A stretch of 64,000 nt of DNA from positions 6,719 through 70,718 of the forward strand of contig CAJWYM010000005.1 in the NCBI GenBank assembly GCA_913049555.1. Reading direction: 5' to 3'. This DNA is from an uncultured Opitutia bacterium. GTDB taxonomy: Bacteria; Verrucomicrobiota; Verrucomicrobiia; Opitutales; CAJWYM01. This document shows, piece by piece, positions 19,201 to 26,489 of the stretch (positions are counted from its first letter, which is position 1; every line of letters begins with the position of its first letter). The position numbers were made by a program, and so were the translations under genes. The notes under the pieces are model-generated. The model saw only the letters and a list, made by a program, of their open reading frames with translations. It was not told the DNA's origin and did no database searches.

Positions 19201-21733
19201 TGCCGCCCGAACTGGTAATTTTCTGAAGTTCCGCACCACTGATTGAAGTATCCCCAGAAGTATCCCCTAAACCAATGGAGCGATTGTTTGTAGCTGTAAA
19301 ATCAACCGAGCCTGATCCAGCATTGACAGTTCCTGTCAAATTCAAATCGGCTCCAGTCATGGTAATATTTCGATTTTGAGTAGAAACATTGGCCGCCAAA
19401 TTCAAAGTACCACTGCCATCGGAACCATTCGCATCCGCTCGCAAAGCAATTGTGCCAGTACCAGTGGCAGAAAGATCTGCATTTATATTGATATCATTGC
19501 CTGCATCCAGTTCAACACTGATATTGGAACTACCAGTTGAGGTAGCCAAATCCCATGCATTGGATACGGTAATATCATTGGTCGCTTGCAGGATTATGTT
19601 AGAACCAGAACTGATTCCATTGAAGCTTCCAGTTCCTGCAGAAATATCAAAAACACTGTTTAAACCTGAATCATCAGCAAACAACTCACTCAAATCCGAG
19701 CCCACTGTGAATCCAGTGGTGTTTGCATCCGATCCGTTAGAAATCGTTATATTTAAAGGGTCAAACAAAACATCTCCCCCTCTTCCGATTTCATTTCCAG
19801 CAGATACATCCGCCTGACCTTTAAAATCAAGAAATTCCTTACCAGAGATCTCAGCAAATCCACCATTTCCAAAATCTTTACCGCCTGTAGCGGACAAATT
19901 TCCATAAAAACGGGTGCTTTTATCAGCCCATACTATAATTTCACCACCATCTCCAGATTGAGTCGCATCTGCTTTGATATTTGCACCCATGGAAACAACT
20001 GTTTGATCTGCATTCATAATGGACTTATTTTTGCCTTGATAGTCTCCTCCGATTAGTATTTTACCCCCTTTTTCTAATCCAGAAGCATCTAAAAGGGCAG
20101 ATTCTGTAATGGCTACTTTTTCTCCTAAAACCTGAATTTCTCCCCCAAGATTCGAATAATTTTCATTCGGTGAGGTCGAAGATGCGTCCAAAGTTCCAGC
20201 AACACTGACAATGCCTTTGTTTGCTATTAGTGAAATCCGACCTGTTGTTTCATCAAACTGCACACCTTTGGCTCGGATGATCCCAGTATTGTTGATAGCA
20301 AGTGCGTAAGAATTTCCTCCAACCGCCTGAATCTCAGTAGAAATTGCAGCTTCAATATTACCCATGTTCACAAACTCAGCACTTTCCATCTCGTCTAAAA
20401 TTTGCTTCGCTTTTTCTTCTATACTCAAATCCTCTACTGAGTCCGAAGAACTCTCCTCATTTGTGGAATCAATCACTTTTTTTAATGGTTCTGCAAGAGA
20501 AATTGAGGACCCCAGAGACCCTTTGTAATGTTTGGCTGCAATCCATTCAAATTCTGGTTCTTGAGCCTCTGAATTTAAAATTAGACTGTTCTTAGACTCT
20601 AAATTTGTGTCTGCTTTTACTTCTTCGACTGGCTGATTCTCAAAGTCCTTGGAAATGAATGCACTGTCCTCAAATGAATCCTCTTCAGTCTTCTCATTCT
20701 TTAATCCACTGGATTTAGAAAAATCTTTTTGCACGGTATTGTTATTTTCATTGTCCTTCTGATTTGCATCCGTTTCTCCAATTAAATTGTCAATAAGATC
20801 GGAATTCTTTACAAACTCACTCTCCTCCGATAAATCTTCATCTAAAGCTTCTTCGGCAACCGCCTCTTCAGCAACTGCCTCTTCAGCAACCAACTCACTT
20901 TTTGGATCCAAAGGATCACTCACACCCTCATCTAGCTGTTCACTTTCCTCTACTTTTTTATGAGAATCTGATTTTTCTTCTTTTTCTTCTTCTGGACTGG
21001 ATTCAGATTTTACCTTCTTTTTCTTTTTAATCTTAATAAAGATTCGCTGCTCTCCCGATTCTTTTATTAGCACTTCATCCGATCCAGTTGCAATTCCAAT
21101 GGTTCCATTATGAGCCCCAATGTATCCATGATTTGCAACAGAATGAGCGATTAAAAAAACATCTCCTCCGGTAGCAGAAATAGAACCCAAATTCTTTATA
21201 TTTCCTGAGACATCCCCTTTTTTAAAATGATAATCACCCCCATCCATAAAATCTGAATTGGGTATATTTAAAGTAGATCCAATGAATGAATTTACATTGA
21301 TCCTACCACTTTCTCCAATCAAAATTCCATTTGGGTTGACCAACATTACTTGGCCATTTGCCTCTAGGTTACCATAAATGGAGGAAATATTTCCAGATGT
21401 GACACGGTTTAGAGCTGCACTTCTAGAACTCGGTTGAATAAAACGGGTGGTTTCACCAACAGCTATTGAAAAACGATTCCAATCAATAATTGCTCGATCA
21501 GTCCCCTGATTGATTAGCAGCGAATTTCCCTCATAAGATAGATTTGCTTGTCCTTGCCGAACGATTCCCCCTTGTGGGTTAGCAAAAACAAGTAAAGGAG
21601 AAAAGGTGTAAATTAAGAGTAGAAAAGATAAAAAGACACCAGAAAGCTGGCGACAAAGTGGAAGGGAATATGTCTCCAAAGATTTCGAACAGTTGGCTTT
21701 GTAGGAGCCACCATCGTTGATTGGGTATCGCAT
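10205..21733 (-). CDS. giant (3842 aa) TpsA / filamentous-haemagglutinin-like beta-helical exoprotein
   Basis: There is a long leader, then a TPS secretion domain (NPQGGIVRQGQANL...LINQ.TDRAIIDWNRFSI..GETTRF.QPS..SAALNRVTSG..S.I.G.L.ANGQV.LVNPNGI..G). Further on come the GGFAEISGKEFLDF...GGDVLFDPLNITI motif and thousands of residues of T/S/G/N/D-rich repeats. The ORF is uninterrupted. Confidence 0.85.
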   Translation of the reverse strand: MRYPINDGGSYKANCSKSLETYSLPLCRQLSGVFLSFLLLIYTFSPLLVFANPQGGIVRQGQANLSYEGNSLLINQGTDRAIIDWNRFSIAVGETTRFIQPSSRSAALNRVTSGNISSIYGNLEANGQVMLVNPNGILIGESGRINVNSFIGSTLNIPNSDFMDGGDYHFKKGDVSGNIKNLGSISATGGDVFLIAHSVANHGYIGAHNGTIGIATGSDEVLIKESGEQRIFIKIKKKKKVKSESSPEEEKEEKSDSHKKVEESEQLDEGVSDPLDPKSELVAEEAVAEEAVAEEALDEDLSEESEFVKNSDLIDNLIGETDANQKDNENNNTVQKDFSKSSGLKNEKTEEDSFEDSAFISKDFENQPVEEVKADTNLESKNSLILNSEAQEPEFEWIAAKHYKGSLGSSISLAEPLKKVIDSTNEESSSDSVEDLSIEEKAKQILDEMESAEFVNMGNIEAAISTEIQAVGGNSYALAINNTGIIRAKGVQFDETTGRISLIANKGIVSVAGTLDASSTSPNENYSNLGGEIQVLGEKVAITESALLDASGLEKGGKILIGGDYQGKNKSIMNADQTVVSMGANIKADATQSGDGGEIIVWADKSTRFYGNLSATGGKDFGNGGFAEISGKEFLDFKGQADVSAGNEIGRGGDVLFDPLNITISNGSDANTTGFTVGSDLSELFADDSGLNSVFDISAGTGSFNGISSGSNIILQATNDITVSNAWDLATSTGSSNISVELDAGNDININADLSATGTGTIALRADANGSDGSGTLNLAANVSTQNRNITMTGADLNLTGTVNAGSGSVDFTATNNRSIGLGDTSGDTSISGAELQKITSSGGINLNTSGSGAITVDNISSANSGNVSGLSTLNAGGSGNVNFSNNSSNFNALRVQASGGTINLNQDITTSNDNITFSNQVTLGGNAQVSSGSTGAGDILFSSTIDGSNNLSLNSGTGGTVSIVGAVGSTTPLGSLTVVQSNDTTFQSSVSSTSIVLTDTVDGQTVAFNDNLNVSSGMTVSAGGAFNVTIKGSSNSVGSASTFSNTGTTQFGDASADTIAFNGGVTANSGAIKAAGTISSTNDNITLGEVSLISGQTLTLDSSNTGGGNLSVASITGVAGEDVTLESGSGTISVSGAIETGIGTLTLQEDNAGATGSVSLAGSVTANTLTTFSRGYDVSMTGGGAITTDTTFNNTGTITIGDGSGDSTEFTGGLDTTAGSTENLAGTILATDQQIDIGAVNITADTTLNGGSGTIDVGASSLSNGVTFTVGNGSSGNIDVTSVSGTESNLTINNTGTVSVGTIGTGFGTVTVTQSGGTTFSSTVDASTVTLTDTTGTIDFQGALTANTLNTTSQDYNLSFNSSSGNQTSTISDATTLQNTGTVTFNNTTEDSITFIGGLTASASSSNNLIGTVGTTDTNLSFGTSSMTGVTTLSTDTGSGNITQSDSGITGNQDLILLGGTGDITLDNQYNDFSDVTINSGQVVSIRDTNALTLSGSGGSTTSNDLTVDSNGTLNLSLSNTTLIGGNLVATSNGDMTDDNEIRVSGTSTFDTSSHDLILDFSTNKFNNDITFTNFDFEDNISITDTTAIELKHNLIVRDLVVDSLGFSQDSDTWELVVYGNSDINGNGGGISLEGTINDFQGENRIRTSGSANATYVDANSFVIGNGSASSVGGSFSLTTGPTAGIPVTQMQGITVNQTTTINTAGSTGKGNVELRDSTDTYLDTSTIGGDFSVTTTGDYASVSGATILVHGDTSLVATGDVYEQADTTLYQGGYSASSEGTHNIVIRKSDGADINLTHELNNLIDLESQNISKDLDSGTHTVTADLVVVSVSSASSFANSKLSGDAIVLSHADNDFDGNISITTDTADSLPLTGPAINPGNIIQTSGLIANGVTSFRTQNTSKDITLTNTANSFQQNISFVGRNVDVYDGSKSLLKHVDAGGNFNFENASGGISDRTLNSESTFINVVSDATLSSTGTGEIVLGSSEYGNVQQNTTKTTNFGTLGVTAASNKVSIIEDSDMNLNQISNTGEIYLNINGALIDNNSTTINVSDGSGGNAGKLIVKALDGIGSGNAIETQITELDAINFTSNHIAIDEVDALNVSQINNQNSSGEIAIQTNQGSSLSDASISLIQGLQEDSITISNGTLTDGDTFAVEINGFTISSEPLSASDANLQVADALETAINADANVNSAVTAINYGKFLYIKSLSPGTPYTLDNLVVTSSGGGTMTSSIQFREGATGTGGNIVLDANGINSDIDVGVQASNASSGNITLNADDSILFTAASDITTVTGDISITANVNSASGDSSNVISMTDDSLIDAGSGTIDLLSTGTHGGNITLGGLTTTDSSTSSIELSTGAAVLDGGDTYVDVVSPGRLVVNSTTGFGVSDAIETTLPSIDLTNTSLGAIQMVETDALDVVKVSQAGDSNVSITSNGVTTVLSSASGGSGIITSGTGAVTIDNGSLLANTLALSNVVTTKGGNVNLNSGGNFSSSADGDLLTTANSDTGTASGNVSILARNTGSITLLGDITTDGAGNNSGNGSNAGSITVNTSDNSLIIGVPFSANGGNSTGGNGNGGHSGNISITTGDTGSDDTHAMTVNAALSSVVGTGNGTGSLGTGSAITLSSDGAITTANTGTITSSGSGTVSLSTTNGSITNGVSIVSAEGSISLDANGLNSDLNINSSILNTGSGSILLTADDSILLASAGDISGTGSGDISLTSNTAVTDGDSGDKITMSDGAVIDSGSGTITFLSSGSNAGDITLGGLTTTNTTNTSVTITSDQSGVVDGGDTDVDIVTSGRIVIDAISGVGSGNALETTANSLDLDNTGSNHIEIVETDDVSIDRAFNTVNGGNISVQSTTGSITVSSGQSGISAVNAAITLNADGQNSDVNIQAALLNTSTGTLTITADDAVSFTAAGDYTTTGSGNVTVTSNTAVTDGDSGDGISMSDGSVVNAGSGKINLTATGSNAGNITLGGLISTNNNAVSAPQTESILITTDAAVIDGGDSDLEINTSGTLKILAETGIGSGNKLETSVDILNLLNGTSGNIEIQESDAVTVLNAKQSTSGNIDLATTNGVLTVDDSSGGTLTLVETVDSGIIYLSSGGAGGNNIIINDGITSASGNINISATANVRLTMDYSFTSSSGNFILTADSDSSLDGSQVLDLKNDSVNGDLLISNSGTGGILAYADGDIRVDTLSSNGSGQILTQSSSNSIIDGNGAANNILTTGNYSASAATGIGSSDWIETTVASLSLSNSSSGNIQVIDLDHVNIAGVTQSVSSAELRITAGNSISNSGSILSSGKSYFVAGVANGDHIDLGYSGNNFSDEVYYTLLSSNDLTVFDNSTLSLNGTEAGGDLLVNNLKVTAAGINQAVNLTVSGQSELTHINGGIKTDLTTKNNDFQGTVDLISSADFDLKDINDLNLGITSVSGTLNANSGGSITTDTSIVGTDMNLDASNRISLGKTNVGGTLSLKSGSDVSQTDGLTSENLTVDSGGSIALGNSNNQLNRLGSVSRGGALNLFDSQGGLTIDGDINTGNTANDVTIRTVGDLKLSSGLNIKTSGAGNDILLQGQGGQFYNYAGASVFDTDSRWVVYAEYFADLGGLLGDFQLYGVSYPIDPVGGSGFYWEKLLLVDPADVILPSMTGSPRDITSLGSDPYAPGFRFGSFDFPKYKSKEKMNGPYYLTDNEESEEYLNEKGDFDGRYNEVYSSKQIYVSIQEEEEEEEEDLELIEEEEDDNVLSKASSFDLNNENEKKTANKAEVTDKDVVMHINSDGEVYTGREQLAGRLPQSTERSTSEEIRVDLLINIQLYLNTIPVPQEDVATILVSRKSIEEDKRVTP
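12488..13099 (-). repeat. intragenic ~200-aa repeat unit, copy 3
   Basis: AAITLNADGQNSDVNIQ...SNTAVTDGDSGDGISMSDGSVVNAGSGKINLTATGSNAGNITLGGLIST...GIGSGNKLETSVDILNLLNGTSGNIEIQESDA. It shares a 12-aa identical block (SNTAVTDGDSGD) with copy 2. Confidence 0.65.
13133..13732 (-). repeat. intragenic ~200-aa repeat unit, copy 2
   Basis: GSISLDANGLNSDLNIN...SNTAVTDGDSGDKITMSDGAVIDSGSGTITFLSSGSNAGDITLGGLTTT...GVGSGNALETTANSLDLDNTGSNHIEIVETDD. It is followed after 11 aa by copy 3. Confidence 0.65.
14411..14998 (-). repeat. intragenic ~200-aa repeat unit, copy 1 (within giant exoprotein)
   Basis: Unit pattern: LDANG.NSD.....ADDSI...A.D.....GD(I/V)S(I/L)T....(DG)DS....(I/M)SM(T/S)D....(D/N)(A/S)GSG.I.......GGNITLGGL.T......DGGD...D......GxGSxxAIETT...(I/L)DL.N......(I/M).E.DA. 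The boundaries come from my codon count. Confidence 0.6.
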
Positions 21734-22261
21734 GAAGTGAAATGAAAAGAAAGAGCTTCAGTAGAAACTCATAAAAAAGATACTAAACTTAACATACATT
21801 AAAAATATGTCAAATAAGCTCCATGCTAGCGTTCAGCATAGCTGGATGGAAAATTTTATATTTTTATTTCCTGAAACACATAATTTAAATACAAAGGTTG
21901 CACAAATCACTTGGAAAATAATAAACTATTATTGGTAAATAACATAAAAATATATCCCTTCTAAAAAGTTTCAAATTTTTAAAAAGTGACTATTTTTTAA
22001 AAAAAAACTTCATACAGAAATTTTAAAATAAAATTTTTATACCATTATCAATTAATAGTTAATGGAATATTATTGTTACTCCCTTATAAAATCCTACAAC
22101 GCATTCATCTTTATTACGATCGAATACAAAAAGGGAATTAAAAAGACTCAGAGGAGATTCAGAATGAAAAAGAACGAACCTTCCATTCTAGACCCCCAAA
22201 TTTTCATTCCGTTCAAGGATTGATATAGAAAACGAATGAAATGAGAACTAAAGATTAGGGA

Positions 22262-22398
22262 TAAAAAAATTTGAAAAAATTTTTTGAACGTTTTTTTTAA
22301 TGAGCAGTCTATCATATTGTGAATTTATTTTTTATATTTTATAGTTTATAGTTAAGCAGTTTGTTATGGGCGGGATTAGTTACCCCGCCCTTTTTTTT
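22262..22398 (+). ncRNA. candidate small-RNA transcription unit, copy B; paralogue of 4075..4227
   Basis: It shows the same ordered blocks as copy A (AAAAAAA..TTGAAAAAA..TTGAACGTTTTT, TTATTTTTTATA, TATAGTTTATAG, AGTTTGTTA). It ends in GGGCGGGATTAGTTACCCCGCCC followed by T8, and contains no ORF. Confidence 0.4.
22368..22398 (+). terminator. Rho-independent terminator (GGGCGGG-attagttac-CCCGCCC-TTTTTTTT)
   Basis: A 7-bp all-G/C-rich stem and 9-nt loop are followed immediately by eight T residues on the plus strand. The minus-strand reading lacks a T tract. Confidence 0.7.
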
Positions 22399-22555
22399 GG
22401 ATTGATCGATGATACCCTCATTCGGGTTTTAATTTTTTAGAAAAATAAGTTTTTTCCGTTCTTCATTTCGTATTTTTTTAAATGACCTAATAATCCATTT
22501 TAAGAGTCAAATAATCCATAGGCATCTCAAACATTACTCATATAATTGTAAATCT

Positions 22556-24064
22556 ATGTTGATTTTAAAACCTATTTTCGTTTGTTACAAAAGATTCAGT
22601 CTTCTGATTGGAACCCTCATTTTAGCATTGAGTTTGAATGCTAAGGTGCATGGAAAAAATCCAAATGTTCTGTTTATAGCAGTGGATGATCTCAACGATT
22701 GTATTGAACCATTAGGGGGCCACCCCGACTCAATCACTCCAAATTTCAATCGATTGGCTAAAATGGGAGTGACTTTTGAAAATGCCTTTTGCAATGCGCC
22801 CATTTGCAACCCTTCGAGAGTCAGTCTTCTGACTGGTAGAAGACCCTCTTCAACTGGAGTCTATGGTTTCCAACCAATGCGCGAAGTTTCCTCTTTAAAA
22901 AATGTGGTTACACTGCCTCAACATTTTAAGAATAATGGGTACCATGTGATGGGTTCGGGAAAAATATTCCACGGTTTTGGAGAACCCCATGGACCTGACA
23001 AAAGATCCTTTGATGAGTATGGGCCTTTCAATCCTTCCGGAAAACAAGCTAAAAAAATTTGGGAAGACAGGATACCCGGAACTCAGCTTAGATGGGCAGC
23101 AAAAGAAAACCTTGCAGAAGATCCCTACTTAGATGGAAAAGCAGCAAGGTGGACGGCTGATAAACTGAAAAAGTCCCATGACAAGCCTTTCTTTTTGGCT
23201 TTTGGCATGGTAAAGCCCCATCTTCCATTATACGCCCCAGAAAAGTTTTTCAATCTTTACGAAAAAGAAAATATGACGCTTCCTGTCATCAATAAAAAAG
23301 ATCTCGAAGACCTTGATGGGATGGCAGCGAGTCAACAATCAAAAGGAATTAAAAGAGCCATAAAAGTAGAAGAATTGTCCAAAACCAAAGATTTAGTTCA
23401 TGCTTATCTAGCGACTGTTTCCTACATCGATTCATTGATTGGTGAAGTTTTAGATGCTCTAGAGGAAAGTCCTCACAAAGAAAATACAATAATTGTTCTA
23501 TGGAGTGACCACGGTTACCATATGGGTGAAAAAAACACTTGGAGTAAATCAACACTTTGGGAGGAATCACTTAGAATACCACTATTTCTACATGCTCCAG
23601 GAGTCACACCCATGAATGTCCGATGCAAAAGAACCGTTTCTTTGATTGATCTTTACCCAACCCTCATAGACCTATGCAATTTGCCTAAAATTGAAGTACT
23701 TGAGGGAAGAAGTTTTCTACCGCTGCTTAAAAAAGCAGATCATCCATGGAATTATCCGGCTCTTTCCTGCAATGGGTTGAACAACTTCAGTGTTAGAACT
23801 GAGAATTGGCGTTACTCTAAATATAGAGATGGATCCGAGGAACTGTATGACCACTCCAAAGACCAAAAAGAATGGAGAAATCTAGCGAAAAATCCAGAAT
23901 ACGATTCTGTAAAAAAGGAACTTGCTCAACACATTCCAAAAAAACCCGTGAAAGAGGCCGAGACTCTATGGACTTCCATAAAAGTAAGCACACAAGAAGG
24001 GGGAACTGAGGAAAGAAAAAGAAAGTATCAGGAATTGATTGAAGCCCAGAAAAAACAAAATTGA
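22556..24064 (+). CDS. Cys-type sulfatase (iduronate-2-sulfatase-like), secreted
   Basis: Signal peptide; NVLFIAVDDLND metal-binding start; formylglycine motif CNPSRVSLLTGR; downstream WSDHGYHMGE. Confidence 0.9.
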   Translation: MLILKPIFVCYKRFSLLIGTLILALSLNAKVHGKNPNVLFIAVDDLNDCIEPLGGHPDSITPNFNRLAKMGVTFENAFCNAPICNPSRVSLLTGRRPSSTGVYGFQPMREVSSLKNVVTLPQHFKNNGYHVMGSGKIFHGFGEPHGPDKRSFDEYGPFNPSGKQAKKIWEDRIPGTQLRWAAKENLAEDPYLDGKAARWTADKLKKSHDKPFFLAFGMVKPHLPLYAPEKFFNLYEKENMTLPVINKKDLEDLDGMAASQQSKGIKRAIKVEELSKTKDLVHAYLATVSYIDSLIGEVLDALEESPHKENTIIVLWSDHGYHMGEKNTWSKSTLWEESLRIPLFLHAPGVTPMNVRCKRTVSLIDLYPTLIDLCNLPKIEVLEGRSFLPLLKKADHPWNYPALSCNGLNNFSVRTENWRYSKYRDGSEELYDHSKDQKEWRNLAKNPEYDSVKKELAQHIPKKPVKEAETLWTSIKVSTQEGGTEERKRKYQELIEAQKKQN

Positions 24065-24296
24065 CATTCTTGTGATTCAAGACTTTTGAAGATTGAATGA
24101 CTCTAGCCTTTATCCAATTCCTCCCTACATTTTTTAATAGAAAATGTAATTCAATCAAAAGGTAAAGCGAAATGTGATTTTTGATTCTGAAATGGAACCT
24201 TTAAATTTCTAGAATATTTCTAAAAATCATTCCAGCAGATTAGGAGAAAATTTAGATTAAAGTTCCATCATGGGATTTGGATACCTAGTGGAAGAA

Positions 24297-25094
24297 TCAA
24301 TCAAAATCAACCAAGATGCGGGTGTAATAGGCAGTGTCTAATTCTTTCAAACCCTCAAGAGGAACATTGTTGTAATGATTGGACAAACCAAAGCGTAAAG
24401 ACCATTTGTCGGTTTTTCCCAAGGGGATATTGATTCCTGAATCCTGCTCCAATAAAAATTCGTCTGTCTCTTCTATGGAGGGGGTGAAAGTAAGTTCATT
24501 CGTCATTTTCCCCCATTCAGCAAACTTCCAGTAATGCTCCAAACTTAAATTCAAACCCCATGCTTTATTCACGGAGTTGTCTTTAAAGTCCTCATACCGG
24601 TAGGAAGCACCTAATTTCCCAGTCAACTTATGATCCTCAACAAACAAAAACCTGTATGCGAAACCCACAGAGGGGACTAGTCTTAGATTCAGTCCCTCAA
24701 AATCGTCCTCTTCCCCATCGATTGATAAATAAATTCCAAATTTATCAAACAGATAACCAGTAAAAGAAGCTCCTAACTTTTTTTCATCAGAAGTCTTAAT
24801 GCTTTCTTGTTTCGCCCGATCGTAGGAAGCATAAATTTTACTACTAGAATCAAGGATTTCTTTTTTTAGAGAGAAACCAAATTGAGTTCCAAATTCATCA
24901 GAATTTCCAGACTTCCCTGTGAGATCCAGATAAGTTGTAAATTTCCAATTCCCAAACATTAATTGCTCGGAGCATTCTCCCACGATAGAGTCTAAACTAC
25001 GAATTTGCGAGAGATGAATCCTCTCATTTTTGTCCCTAGCGAATACGGATAAAAAAGGAATCAATAAGCAGAAAAAAACAGGTAAAAATTTCAT
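24297..25094 (-). CDS. outer-membrane beta-barrel protein, DUF481-like
   Basis: Signal peptide, alternating amphipathic beta-strand pattern, aromatic C-terminal strand (YYTRILVDFD) and GNS motif after the first strands. The family call is from pattern recognition only. Confidence 0.45.
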   Translation of the reverse strand: MKFLPVFFCLLIPFLSVFARDKNERIHLSQIRSLDSIVGECSEQLMFGNWKFTTYLDLTGKSGNSDEFGTQFGFSLKKEILDSSSKIYASYDRAKQESIKTSDEKKLGASFTGYLFDKFGIYLSIDGEEDDFEGLNLRLVPSVGFAYRFLFVEDHKLTGKLGASYRYEDFKDNSVNKAWGLNLSLEHYWKFAEWGKMTNELTFTPSIEETDEFLLEQDSGINIPLGKTDKWSLRFGLSNHYNNVPLEGLKELDTAYYTRILVDFD

Positions 25095-25457
25095 ACTACT
25101 CTAATTTAAAGCCAATAAAAGATACAATCAATCCTCTTTATTTTCTTTATTGGCCCATCAATTGGCGCATATTTATTCAAAATTTTTACTACTTAAAATT
25201 TTACAAAAAAGAGTTTAAAACCCTCTTCATTCCATGATTTTTGATACTTTCAACTTTAAAAATCTACTCTTGCTTGATTGATACTGTGAAATTTTAATGT
25301 TCTAATTCAGCTAAAATTGTTGATTTAGACACCCTCAAAAAGAGCGCTGTTTATATGAATTCGCTCAGGAATTTCCTTAAAATCAACGACATCTAATTTG
25401 TATAAAACAATTCAATTTTCCAAAAACTGAATGTCTTTTTATCTATCTATAAGTCTA

Positions 25458-26489
25458 TCATTTTGATTTGTTAATAGTAGCTCCATCTCTCCAAAAGCCC
25501 TTAACCAAAACTTCTTTAGGAGATTTGGGTAAACCAAGTTGGTTCGTATTAAGATTAGTAATTACCAAATCGATTGCCGTTGCTCCGACCTGATTTAAAT
25601 TACCATCAATTCCTGCAGCCCTTTTCATCTCTGCTTTGGATCTAAATAGATATCCAACTCCAATGTCATTAGGAATTGAAATCCCTAACTTTTGCAACCA
25701 CTTTTCTACAGGTAACTTGTAAACAATCAAAGCGTCTGGTTTTTCTTTTTCTATCCAAAAAGAAAAGCTATCAAAACTGGTATCTGATTCTGGAATATAA
25801 GGATTGCATTGACAAGTTTCTGGTAAACGTCTCTGCCAATCAAGCATAGCACCTGACCATAAATAACCAGAAATTCGATTATTAAACTCAGGAACTACAA
25901 GTCCTATTTTTTTATATCCGTAGCTATTTAAGGTTTCCAAGGCAAGTCTAACGTTATGATGACCATGAAAGTTAGATCGATCGACATCGCTTTTTCTAAA
26001 ATAAGCACTTAAGCCAGCAACGGCAAAATGTTCTGTCGGTAAATCTAGTCTTCTCTGAGGATTTCTTGAAAATCCAAGTAAAACTCCCCGAATCCCCCTA
26101 GACCTCAATATCTTTTCAAGTTTTAAAGGATCATACTCATATTTCGACAATGGAAATTCTTCAATTTTAAACCCCATTTCGTCCGCCCTTTTTGATAAAC
26201 CCTCAAACTCCCATTGGCATACATCTTTTTTCTGCCAACCCCCTTTTGAGGGATAATCAGTGACTAGTGCAATCGTTCCTACCTCTTGGAAATTACTTTT
26301 TTTATGTCGATTCTTTATCAATGCACTGATCATAGGATTCGGCCGATATCCCAATTCTCTAGCTACTGAAACGATTTCTTTTCTTCTTTTTTCACTGATA
26401 CGACCGCTTCCACTCAAGGCACGAGAGACCGTGGAACTAGAAACACCTAATCGCTTTGCAACATCCAACATCCTAACTGTGTCTCTCAT
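25458..26489 (-). CDS. LacI-family transcriptional regulator
   Basis: N-terminal HTH MLDVAKRLGVSSSTVSRALSG...ISEKRRKEIVSVARELGYRPN followed by a periplasmic-binding-protein-like sugar-binding core. I chose the start at ATG 26489; the ORF-track start is 26519. Confidence 0.85.
   Translation of the reverse strand: MRDTVRMLDVAKRLGVSSSTVSRALSGSGRISEKRRKEIVSVARELGYRPNPMISALIKNRHKKSNFQEVGTIALVTDYPSKGGWQKKDVCQWEFEGLSKRADEMGFKIEEFPLSKYEYDPLKLEKILRSRGIRGVLLGFSRNPQRRLDLPTEHFAVAGLSAYFRKSDVDRSNFHGHHNVRLALETLNSYGYKKIGLVVPEFNNRISGYLWSGAMLDWQRRLPETCQCNPYIPESDTSFDSFSFWIEKEKPDALIVYKLPVEKWLQKLGISIPNDIGVGYLFRSKAEMKRAAGIDGNLNQVGATAIDLVITNLNTNQLGLPKSPKEVLVKGFWRDGATINKSK

Noticed and set aside
10358-20595. About twenty plus-strand ORFs of 60-176 aa lie inside the giant gene (for example 13416..13946, 14004..14462, 18069..18446).
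   Set aside because: They are antisense readings of the T/S/G/N-rich repeats. This gives Pro/Val/Ser-rich pseudo-proteins with no motifs, and stop codons are rare on the opposite strand of such a sequence. The 3842-aa minus-strand ORF explains the region.
22163-22228. A 21-codon ORF (MKKNEPSILDPQIFHSVQGLI) with a GAGGAG upstream, just before sRNA-like copy B, could be a leader peptide.
   Set aside because: No counterpart exists upstream of copy A, it is very short, and nothing ties it to the downstream structure. It is likely a chance ORF.
21734-22555. I considered whether the giant gene and its AT-rich flank form a horizontally acquired island.
   Set aside because: There are no integrase, transposase, flanking tRNA or direct repeats. 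Codon and GC character do not look obviously different from neighbouring genes once the repeat amino-acid bias is taken into account.
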